From the NCBI GenBank assembly GCA_021796415.1, contig JAJYJC010000003.1, forward strand, positions 1 through 54,414: DNA of 54,414 nt. Direction: 5' to 3'. A program made the translations under genes and the position numbers. This stretch comes from a bacterium (GTDB taxonomy: Bacteria > Patescibacteriota > CPR2 > UBA1875 > JAJYID01). This document shows positions 43,003-51,070 of this stretch, in pieces (position 1 is the stretch's first letter; each line of letters starts with the position of its first letter). Below the pieces are notes generated by a model. The model saw only the letters and a program-made list of their open reading frames with translations, was not told the DNA's origin and did no database searches.

Positions 43003-45699
43003 ATGTATCTCAAAAACATTCATGTTGCAGGATTTAAGTCTTTCGGAGGGAAGAATGTTTTGGATTTCCCCGAAGCCGGAAGCGCCAAGCAGAAAAGTTT
43101 TGCCGCGGTTGTCGGACCGAACGGAAGCGGAAAGAGTAATATTGCCGACGCTATCCGCTGGGTTTTGGGCGAACAATCTTCGAAGCTTCTCAGAGTGAAA
43201 AAAGGCGAGGACGTCATATTCTTCGGCAGTGCCAAGAAGGGCAGGGGATCATTCTCGGAAATTTCTTTAACCTTAGATAATGCTTGTTCCTTCCGTCATC
43301 CTGAGGTATCGAAGGATCTCAAAAGTAATTTCCAATTTCCAATTTCCCTGCCTCGCCGGCAGGCAGGCAATTTCCAATCAAATTCAAATGTTCAAAATTC
43401 AAAAGGATTGGATTCCCGCCTTCGCGGGAATGACATGGAAATAAATGGAAATGACAATGGTGTTGACCTTTCCGAGATTGAAATTACCCGCCGCCTGTAT
43501 CGAAACGGCGATAATGATTACTTTGTTAACAGGAAAAAGGTCAGGCTGTTCGATGTGCAGGAACTGCTTGCAAAATGCGGGGTGGGAAGATCTACTTATA
43601 CAGTTATCGGACAGGGGATGGTTGATTCTTTGCTTTTTTATGGTCCGGCTGAGCGGAAAGTTCTCTTCGAGGAAGCATCGGGCGTGAAGCAGTATGAGAT
43701 CAAGCGCGCTGAATCTTTACGCAAACTAGACTCAACAGACAAAAACATTATCCGCATTAAAGATCTTTTGTATGAATTGGAGCCGAGATTGAAGTCGGCT
43801 GAGCGAAACTTCAAAAAATACCAAAAAAAGCAGGATATAGAGAAGGAGCTGGATGAGCTGAGCCGCAAATATTATTCCGGCGTATTTTCTCAAATTCAAT
43901 CCAAGAAAGAAAAGCTGCAGAAGGAACTCACAGAATTTAAGAAGAAAGAATCCGGCCTGCAGTCAGAAATTACTGCACTGGAAGCAAAAATCGCCAAAGG
44001 TTTAAAAGCCGAGGGTTCTGACAAGAAGGAGAAAGAGCTTCGAGGGAATATTGACTCGCTTGCTGCAAGAAGCGATGATCTTGCGCGGCAAATTTACAGA
44101 TTAGAGGCTGAAAATCAAGCGTCGAAGTCTGTATTCTCAAGGGAGAAGGAAGGGCTTTTCGGTGAAAGAGATAGGATTTCTCGGGACATCCGAGAGTTAG
44201 AAGAAAAAATAGCCAGGCTAAATACAGAGGGCAGTGAAAATCAGGCGAGGCTTGATAGCGCCAAGAGAGAGCTTGCCGAGCTGGACAAAAGAATTGTTTT
44301 TTCAAATGACACTCTGGCAAAAATTCAACGGGAAAGCTTGTCTTTGACCAAGGATGACATTCGAAAAAAGCTAGAAGAGATTTACAAAAATTACTCGCTG
44401 GTGGTGGCAAAAATGAATTCCGTCACTGATCTGAAAAGTTTCGGCAAACTCAAAAAAGAGGCGGAAAGTGTAGCAAATGCCTTAGATGCTTTGGCAGAAG
44501 ACATCAAAAAAAGCCAGAGCACCGACACCAGCCTGCTTGAAAGCAAGCAAAAAGAGATAAAGGGGCTGGTTCAAAATAAGGAAAAAATACTCAGTATCAT
44601 TCAGGATTTAAGGGTCAGATCCATTTCACGGGAAGACATCTTGAAGAATTCAAAAAGCCGGGCCGAGAGCTTAAAGAAGCAATTAGAAGATACAGTTGCC
44701 AAGATAGGCAGTTTAAAAGAGCCGGAAGCCGGAGGTTTGAAAAAGATTACCGAGTTAAACCGGGAAAAAACAGGCATAGACGAGGAAATTTCTGAGTTAA
44801 AACTTAAGCTGGAGGAGTTGGCGTCAAAAAGCGCTTCCGGTGACTATACTAAGATTTTGGAAGATGAGAAGTCAAGGAGAAGAGAGCTCGCGGGTGTTCA
44901 AGAAGAAATTGGCGCTTTCAATATTGATCTGGCAAAGGTAGAGACGCGCGAGGAAGATTTGCGCGATGAAATCCATGAGTTTCTGGGCGAGACATTTTAC
45001 AAGGGTCTGACCCTTGCAGAGGACAGTCCTCTGCAAGGCGGGAACTTTGACCATCTGATGCCAAAAATCCAGCGCCTTCGAAAGGACATGTATGCGCTCG
45101 GCGAGATCGACCAGTTTGTCGGGGAAGAGTTTGAAGAGCTGGAGGGGAGGGTTGGTGAATTGCGTGAACAATATGAGGATTTGGAAAAGGCAAAAAAAGA
45201 CATATTGAAAGTTATAGGAGAGTTAGACGCGCGCATCAAGACACAGTTCAAAACCACATTTGTAAAAATTTCAGAGGAGTTTACCAAATATTTCAAAATT
45301 CTTTTTGGCGGGGGCAATGCGGCATTGAATCTAGAAACAGATGAGGAGGGAAACTTTGGCGTGGAGATTACAGCGACGCCGCCGGGCAAGAAAAACCAGT
45401 CTCTAAATTCGTTATCAGGCGGAGAAAGGGCTCTGACCTCGATCGCGCTTCTTTTTGCTATTTTAAGCGTAAATCCAAGTCCATTCTGTGTACTGGATGA
45501 GGTAGACGCTTCACTTGACGAAACAAATACTGAAAGATTTTTGGAAATTTTAAAAACTCTCTCACATAAAACTCAATTTATTGTCGTTACACACAACCGC
45601 GAAACCATGAAGAAAGCCGACGTTATCTACGGCGTCTCCATGGACGACAATCATGTGTCGCAAGTGTACTCGCTGAAACTGACAGAAGTTGGAACATGA
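43003..45699 (+). CDS. smc: SMC-family ATPase (short, no evident hinge) with repeat-derived insert
   Basis: GPNGSGKSN Walker A, IGQG Q-loop, LSGGE, LDEVDASLD, VTH; composite repeat at 43295-43455. Confidence 0.9.
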   Translation: MYLKNIHVAGFKSFGGKNVLDFPEAGSAKQKSFAAVVGPNGSGKSNIADAIRWVLGEQSSKLLRVKKGEDVIFFGSAKKGRGSFSEISLTLDNACSFRHPEVSKDLKSNFQFPISLPRRQAGNFQSNSNVQNSKGLDSRLRGNDMEINGNDNGVDLSEIEITRRLYRNGDNDYFVNRKKVRLFDVQELLAKCGVGRSTYTVIGQGMVDSLLFYGPAERKVLFEEASGVKQYEIKRAESLRKLDSTDKNIIRIKDLLYELEPRLKSAERNFKKYQKKQDIEKELDELSRKYYSGVFSQIQSKKEKLQKELTEFKKKESGLQSEITALEAKIAKGLKAEGSDKKEKELRGNIDSLAARSDDLARQIYRLEAENQASKSVFSREKEGLFGERDRISRDIRELEEKIARLNTEGSENQARLDSAKRELAELDKRIVFSNDTLAKIQRESLSLTKDDIRKKLEEIYKNYSLVVAKMNSVTDLKSFGKLKKEAESVANALDALAEDIKKSQSTDTSLLESKQKEIKGLVQNKEKILSIIQDLRVRSISREDILKNSKSRAESLKKQLEDTVAKIGSLKEPEAGGLKKITELNREKTGIDEEISELKLKLEELASKSASGDYTKILEDEKSRRRELAGVQEEIGAFNIDLAKVETREEDLRDEIHEFLGETFYKGLTLAEDSPLQGGNFDHLMPKIQRLRKDMYALGEIDQFVGEEFEELEGRVGELREQYEDLEKAKKDILKVIGELDARIKTQFKTTFVKISEEFTKYFKILFGGGNAALNLETDEEGNFGVEITATPPGKKNQSLNSLSGGERALTSIALLFAILSVNPSPFCVLDEVDASLDETNTERFLEILKTLSHKTQFIVVTHNRETMKKADVIYGVSMDDNHVSQVYSLKLTEVGT

Positions 45700-45709
45700 A
45701 AGTTTTGAT

Positions 45710-46555
45710 ATGAGCTGGCAAATAGCTTTATTTATATATATCTTCGCATTTTCCACTGCTTCCTTATTGCAAAGATCTATAGCGAAGAAGAAAAATGTAG
45801 ATCCTATATCCCTCTCTGTTACTTTGCAAGTTTTAGCAGGTATACTTCTTGGAGTTGTTGTTCTGATTAGAGGCTTTGATCTTTCGGGCATATTTTTGCT
45901 CTGGCTGAGTTTTGCACTAATGATTCTACTCCATGGAGTAGGAAATATTTGTAGATATAAGGCGCTGAAAGAGGTTAAAGTGTCTGAGTTCTCAATTATT
46001 TATCAGATTAGCACTGTCACTGCGGTCGTTGCCGCCATTGCCCTGCTTAATGAGAATTTTCTTTTCACTCAAGTTGTGGGATTGGTTTTGGTGCTTATAG
46101 CTGCCCTAATGGTGACATGGAAAAATACAAAGATAAAGTTTAGCAAGGGGGAGCTATATGCTTTATTGACTGCCATACTTTTTGGTTTGGCTTTTGTTAA
46201 TGATGCTTACATATTAAGGTCATTTGATGCTCTTACATTTACTTTTTTGGCATTTTTGATCCCTGGACTTTTAACGGGAGTTATTTATAGGCGAAAAATA
46301 AATATCTCAACTTTTCTGGAGAGGCAGGCTCTAGCCAGGATCGGTCCAGCTGTGGTTTTTGATGTTGCTGCAACGTTATCAATATATATTGCTTATCAAA
46401 TCGGGAGAAATGCAGCCCAGATATCTTCCATCAGCCCAACAACAACGATTGTGGTAGTTATTTTAGCTGCCATTTTCTTAAGAGAAAGAGAGCAAATACC
46501 AAAAAAAATAATTGCAGCCGCATTGAGTGTGGTAGGAGTAATACTTTTAGGATGA
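45710..46555 (+). CDS. EamA/DMT family transporter
   Basis: About 10 TM segments in two repeats, ALLNE and IFLRE loop motifs. Confidence 0.85.
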   Translation: MSWQIALFIYIFAFSTASLLQRSIAKKKNVDPISLSVTLQVLAGILLGVVVLIRGFDLSGIFLLWLSFALMILLHGVGNICRYKALKEVKVSEFSIIYQISTVTAVVAAIALLNENFLFTQVVGLVLVLIAALMVTWKNTKIKFSKGELYALLTAILFGLAFVNDAYILRSFDALTFTFLAFLIPGLLTGVIYRRKINISTFLERQALARIGPAVVFDVAATLSIYIAYQIGRNAAQISSISPTTTIVVVILAAIFLREREQIPKKIIAAALSVVGVILLG

Positions 46556-47790
46556 AAAAATATGCCTTTGTTTTAGGCAGAAACACAGCCTTATCTGTTG
46601 CTGAAATCTTGGAGGTTCTAAAAAGAGAACAACAAGAATTTCGGATTATATCCTTCTCTAAGGAAGTTTTGATTCTTGAGGCAACAGGCATTGGCGCTGA
46701 TTTTATCCGGGGTTTGGGCGGGACTATAAAGATTGCCGAGATTTTTGGGGAGGCGGCAGGGCTAAGTGAGGTATTGCCGGCCATTTCAGATTATTTAAAG
46801 AAACAAGTCAGTGACAGAGATAAAAAGTATCATTTGGGACTGAGCATTTACAGGCTGGCCGGCGGGAAAAAGACCGGCGAGAAGCTCTTTCGGGGGCTGA
46901 AAAGCGTTTACATAAATTTGAAAAATGAATTTAAGGGAGAAGGCTATAAGTTGGCTTTCACTCAGATTAAGGGAAGGTCTTTAAACAGCGCGTCGGTACT
47001 CAAAAATAAATTAATTGGAGAAAGTGGCGCGGAGATTTGTCTGATTGCCGGCAAAAATAAAATTTTCCTTGCCAGAACCGTAAATGTTCAGGATGTGGAC
47101 TTTTATAGCAAAATTGACTTTGGTAGGCCCGTTCGTGATGTGATTTCCGGGACCACGCCTCCAAAGCTGGCGATGATTATGGTGAACCTTGCGGGTAAAA
47201 GCAAGGATTCGGTCTTTCTGGATCCGTTTTGCGGCAGCGGTACATATTTGCAAGCGATGAAGCTACTGGGGTATGAGAAAATTTACGGCACTGACAAGAG
47301 TGAAAAGGCGATTTCAGACAGCGAGAAAAATATGGATTGGCTGGCTCATGAATTTGCCCTGGATATTTCAAGTGTGAATATTTTCCAAGCTGACACACGG
47401 GAATTATCAAGAAAAATTGATGGGAAGGTGGATGCAGTTGTGGCAGAGGGCTATCTCGGCCCGCCCCTAAGAAAAGAAGCCACCGAAACCGAAATACATG
47501 AAATTTCAACCGAATTGCTTAGTTTATACAAGGAGGCTTTAGCGGAGATCAAAAAGATCATAGCAGAGAACGCCAGAATAGTGCTGGCATTGCCGATCTT
47601 TTATTCAAAAGGGAAGAAGCACTTCTTGGACATTGAACCGATTCTTGACCGGGCTGGCTATAAAATTGTCGATCTGTTTGAGGGTGCCGGCGATTTTTCA
47701 GAAGAAGAAGTGTCGAGGCGAGGCACATTTATTTATTCCCGCCCGGACCAAAGAGTTTTCCGGGAGATTTTGGTTTTGGAAAAGATTTAG
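46552..47790 (+). CDS. Trm11/TrmG10-like SAM-dependent RNA methyltransferase
   Basis: RP....SGTTPPKLA.IMVNLA, FLDPFCGSGT, AEGYLGP. Confidence 0.72.
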   Translation: MKKYAFVLGRNTALSVAEILEVLKREQQEFRIISFSKEVLILEATGIGADFIRGLGGTIKIAEIFGEAAGLSEVLPAISDYLKKQVSDRDKKYHLGLSIYRLAGGKKTGEKLFRGLKSVYINLKNEFKGEGYKLAFTQIKGRSLNSASVLKNKLIGESGAEICLIAGKNKIFLARTVNVQDVDFYSKIDFGRPVRDVISGTTPPKLAMIMVNLAGKSKDSVFLDPFCGSGTYLQAMKLLGYEKIYGTDKSEKAISDSEKNMDWLAHEFALDISSVNIFQADTRELSRKIDGKVDAVVAEGYLGPPLRKEATETEIHEISTELLSLYKEALAEIKKIIAENARIVLALPIFYSKGKKHFLDIEPILDRAGYKIVDLFEGAGDFSEEEVSRRGTFIYSRPDQRVFREILVLEKI

Positions 47791-47800
47791 TGAATTCCAA

Positions 47801-47829
47801 TTGACTTTTGGGCCAGATTTTCCTATAAT
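47801..47829 (+). promoter_or_regulatory. Sigma70 promoter of rpsP
   Basis: TTGACT-17 nt-TATAAT. Confidence 0.8.
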
Positions 47830-47875
47830 TGTCACAAGTAAATCAATTAATACAGTAAAAACAGAAGGAGCAGGA

Positions 47876-48388
47876 TTGGTAGTCATCAGATTAACCCGTG
47901 TCGGTAAGAAAAAGCAGGCACACTATAGGATCGTTGTAGCGGATTCGCACAGAGCAGTACAAGGCAAATTCATTTCAATTTTGGGTTGGTATAACCCCCA
48001 CACAAAAGAGCTACAGGTGAAGAAAGATGAGCTAAAAGGCTGGTTCGATAAAGGAGCCAAGCCCTCTAATACTTTGGCAAAACTTCTCAAAAAAGAGAAA
48101 ATCGATTTGCCCAAGTGGGTTAAAATTGTAGAGAAGAAAAAGGCGCCGAAGAAAAAAGAAGAAGCTGAGGTAAAACCAGCAGTGCCTAAAGCTGATGAGA
48201 AGGCAGAAGTGGGAACCGATGAAAAGGTCGAGGAAGCAGCAGCGGATGAGGTGAAAGACGAAACTCCAGCAGAAGAAGCTGCAGAAGAGCCCAAAGAAGA
48301 GTCTGGGTCTGTCAGAGCTTCTGAAGGCAAGCCCGAAGAAGAACCAGCTGCGGAATCCAATCCCGTTGAAGCTCCGCAGGACAAGTAA
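47876..48388 (+). CDS. rpsP: 30S ribosomal protein S16 with long acidic tail
   Basis: TTG after AAGGAG; VIRLTRVGKKKQAHYRIVVADS, LGWYNP, GAKPSNT. Confidence 0.95.
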   Translation: MVVIRLTRVGKKKQAHYRIVVADSHRAVQGKFISILGWYNPHTKELQVKKDELKGWFDKGAKPSNTLAKLLKKEKIDLPKWVKIVEKKKAPKKKEEAEVKPAVPKADEKAEVGTDEKVEEAAADEVKDETPAEEAAEEPKEESGSVRASEGKPEEEPAAESNPVEAPQDK

Positions 48389-48445
48389 GTTCGATTATTA
48401 TTAATTAATAATATAAAAGCCCCAGCGGGGCGAAGGAGAGAAGAA

Positions 48446-48820
48446 ATGGCAAAGGAGAAGGATCAGGAATTTGTAGAATCAGTAGTAAAAGAAATCGTAT
48501 CCAAGCCGGATGCAGTCAAGGTGAACAGAAGTATTGACGAGAAAGGGGTTTTGCTCGAGCTGACAGTTGACCCTGAAGATATGGGTGTTATTATCGGCAA
48601 AGAAGGCAAGACAGCCAAATCTATCCGAACATTACTCAGAGTTTTAGGAGCAAAGAATGACTCCAGGGTAAACCTAAAAATCGTTGAGCCAGAAGGATCG
48701 TCAAGACCTGCTAAAGAAGAAAAGGCTGAAGTCGAGACGGAAGTTGAAGAGATTCCAGCAGAAGAAGAGGTTGCTCCAGAAGAGTCGGATGAGGAGCCAA
48801 TGGCAGATTTGGATTTGTAA
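48446..48820 (+). CDS. khpA: KH-domain RNA-binding protein KhpA
   Basis: PEDMGVIIGKEGKTAKSIRTLL; downstream of rpsP. Confidence 0.93.
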   Translation: MAKEKDQEFVESVVKEIVSKPDAVKVNRSIDEKGVLLELTVDPEDMGVIIGKEGKTAKSIRTLLRVLGAKNDSRVNLKIVEPEGSSRPAKEEKAEVETEVEEIPAEEEVAPEESDEEPMADLDL

Positions 48821-48863
48821 AATCCAAATCGGTATAGGGTATACAATATTCAGTATTGAGCAT

Positions 48864-48889
48864 AAAAAGCCACGAAATCGTGGCTTTTT
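48864..48889 (+). terminator. Intrinsic terminator
   Basis: AAAAAGCCACG-AAAT-CGTGGCTTTTT. Confidence 0.8.
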
Positions 48890-49072
48890 AAGTGTAAAAG
48901 CTGGCGGAAACAAAGAGTTAATGTTTTACCGCAAAAGCAAGAGATCAGAAGAAGGACAGATCTTGATGCACTCATTTAGGCCTGTCCTTCCAAGCAGAAT
49001 TTAGATTACCGCCAAGGACACACCTTGCAAAATGATAAAGCAAAGAATGTCCTTGCCGGCTCTACTCTCGTC

Positions 49073-49176
49073 GTCATCCTGAGTGAAGCGTAGCGGAATC
49101 GAAGGATCTCATAAACAAGATTCCGAGAGAAAGGGATTCCTCGGCTCGCCGCTATCGTGAAGCCGCTCGGAATGAC
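49073..49176. repeat. REP-like doublet
   Basis: GTCATCCTGAGTGAAGCGTAGCGGAATCGAAGGATCTC ... AAGGGATTCCTCGG..GCTCGGAATGAC. Confidence 0.85.
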
Positions 49177-49201
49177 AATTAATTGTGATAGAATAGAAAG
49201 C

Positions 49202-49885
49202 ATGAAAGCAAAAATTAAATTCAACATTATAACTCTTTTTCCCGAAACCATAAAAGCTCTGACTGATTACAGCATAATAGGGCGGGCGGTTCAGGATAAT
49301 AAAATAGAAATTGAAACCTGCAATCTTCGTGATTTTGGCGTGGGAAAATACAAGCAAGTTGATGACACTCCTTATGGCGGCGGGGCGGGCATGGTTTTGA
49401 AAGTTGATGTTATGGACAAAGCCATTCAAAAAGTGCGGCAAGAAAATCCCGGAACTGTGGTTATTTTGCTTACTCCAAAAGGGGAAAAGTATGGGCAGAA
49501 GAAAGCAAGGGAGCTTTCAAAAAAGAACAATATCACCTTGGTTTGCGGGCATTACGAAGGGTTTGACGAGCGGATCAGGGGCTTGGTTGATGAGGAAATT
49601 TCGATTGGCGATTATATATTAACGGGAGGTGAAATTGCCGCAGCGGCAATCATTGACTCGGTGAGCCGCTTGATATCGGGTGTTTTGGGCAGGAAAGAGT
49701 CGGCGCAGGAAGAATCATTTGAAAATTCACTGCTTGAATATCCGCAATACACAAAGCCCAGAGAATACAAGGGCATGGAAGTGCCGGAAATCCTGTCCGG
49801 CGGCAACCATGGCGAGATTGAGAGGTGGAGAAAGGATGAGGCGAAGAAAATAACGAAGGAAAAAAGGCCTGACCTTTCCGATTAA
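49202..49885 (+). CDS. trmD: tRNA (guanine37-N1)-methyltransferase
   Basis: ITLFPE, VDDTPYGGGAGM, CGHYEGFDER, SIGDYILTGGE, EYPQYTKP. Confidence 0.97.
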   Translation: MKAKIKFNIITLFPETIKALTDYSIIGRAVQDNKIEIETCNLRDFGVGKYKQVDDTPYGGGAGMVLKVDVMDKAIQKVRQENPGTVVILLTPKGEKYGQKKARELSKKNNITLVCGHYEGFDERIRGLVDEEISIGDYILTGGEIAAAAIIDSVSRLISGVLGRKESAQEESFENSLLEYPQYTKPREYKGMEVPEILSGGNHGEIERWRKDEAKKITKEKRPDLSD

Positions 49886-49893
49886 GTTTATCC

Positions 49894-49922
49894 TTTACAT
49901 ATTTTCAAATTGTATCTATCAT
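49894..49922 (+). promoter_or_regulatory. Sigma70 promoter
   Basis: TTTACA-17 nt-TATCAT. Confidence 0.55.
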
Positions 49923-49963
49923 TTAATCATTAATAGTAAGTGACTAAAGGAGTGTATTTTTAA

Positions 49964-50146
49964 ATGGCAAAATTTGTAGTAGACGAAAACTTGTGCAGCG
50001 GGTGCGGAACCTGCGTAAATGTATGTCCGGATTGTTTTGAGCTCGGAGATGATTATAAGTCTCATGTCAAACAAGACAATTGCGACAATTGTGACGCCGA
50101 TGAAGTAGTGCTCGAGTGCCCGATGGGGGCCATAAGTTATGAATGA
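49964..50146 (+). CDS. Single-cluster ferredoxin
   Basis: CSGCGTCVNVCP ... ECPMGAI. Confidence 0.9.
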   Translation: MAKFVVDENLCSGCGTCVNVCPDCFELGDDYKSHVKQDNCDNCDADEVVLECPMGAISYE

Positions 50147-50948
50147 TTTTGATTCCATAAATCCGATGAATGCATATCCTTCGGGGCAAGGAGGTGGCTC
50201 GGGAAGCTCAGGTGTGCCGCCGAGCGGACCGGTTGATCCCACGCCTCCGCCGATTAATCCTATTAGCCCTCAAGGGCCGATGAGCGAAAAAACAAACTTT
50301 TCCAGGATATATCAAATCATAATTGGAGCGGTGGCTTTGTTTCTGATTATATCCCTGATTTTTGCAGCTATTTATTACCAGAAGGCAAACAAGACGCAGG
50401 CATATATAAATAGCGTTGCTTCGCAGGCGGCCGACCAAAAAGCCAAAGATGACAAGGTATCATGTGACGCGCAAATCAAAGACATCAAGGAAAATCCTTG
50501 GACGGAGTACACTGCCAGGCAGGAGTTTGGGGCCTTTAAATTTATAGTGCCGAGAAATTGGTCGCAGTATGAGTACTACGATATAAATGCCAATGATCCT
50601 TACAGTCTCTTTTTCAGCCCGGATACGGTTCGTTATGACTCAAACACCAGAGATAACCATTCCGCTCTTCAAGTTGTGGTCAGCAAAAGGCTTTATTCTG
50701 ATGAAATAAGTGATCTCGAACAAAGTATAAAGATGAATATGGATACTAGTTCAAGCGAGGAAAAGGTTACCATTTCTAATTTTACCGGAACAAAGTTTGT
50801 TTACACTAACAAGGACTTAAACCGCAAGGTTGGCGTCATAGTTCTGCCGTACCGCGATAGGGCGCTTATGATTAAAACCGACGATTATGACAAGTGGGGC
50901 GACAAATATTTCACCAAGTTTTACCAGTCGTTTGCATTAACACCGTAA
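50139..50948 (+). CDS. Membrane-anchored hypothetical protein (PsbP-like C-terminus)
   Basis: Pro/Gly-rich N-terminus, TM, FKFIVPRNWS, ends FYQSFALTP. Confidence 0.75.
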   Translation: MNDFDSINPMNAYPSGQGGGSGSSGVPPSGPVDPTPPPINPISPQGPMSEKTNFSRIYQIIIGAVALFLIISLIFAAIYYQKANKTQAYINSVASQAADQKAKDDKVSCDAQIKDIKENPWTEYTARQEFGAFKFIVPRNWSQYEYYDINANDPYSLFFSPDTVRYDSNTRDNHSALQVVVSKRLYSDEISDLEQSIKMNMDTSSSEEKVTISNFTGTKFVYTNKDLNRKVGVIVLPYRDRALMIKTDDYDKWGDKYFTKFYQSFALTP

Positions 50949-51070
50949 ATGGGTTAATCGGTACTTGGGTCGATAGGGAATTAGGTTTTTCAGGAGTATC
51001 CTTGTTGGGCGGGTCTTTTGATGTCCTTATACTAGAATTGATCGCATACTCGTGATAGAATAGTTGCCTT

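Noticed and set aside
47633-47875. Long N-terminal extensions in the ORF track (rpsP from 47633; also 104, 14116, 28496, 49157)
   Set aside because: They run through upstream genes, promoters or repeats; better starts with SD or family N-termini lie downstream.
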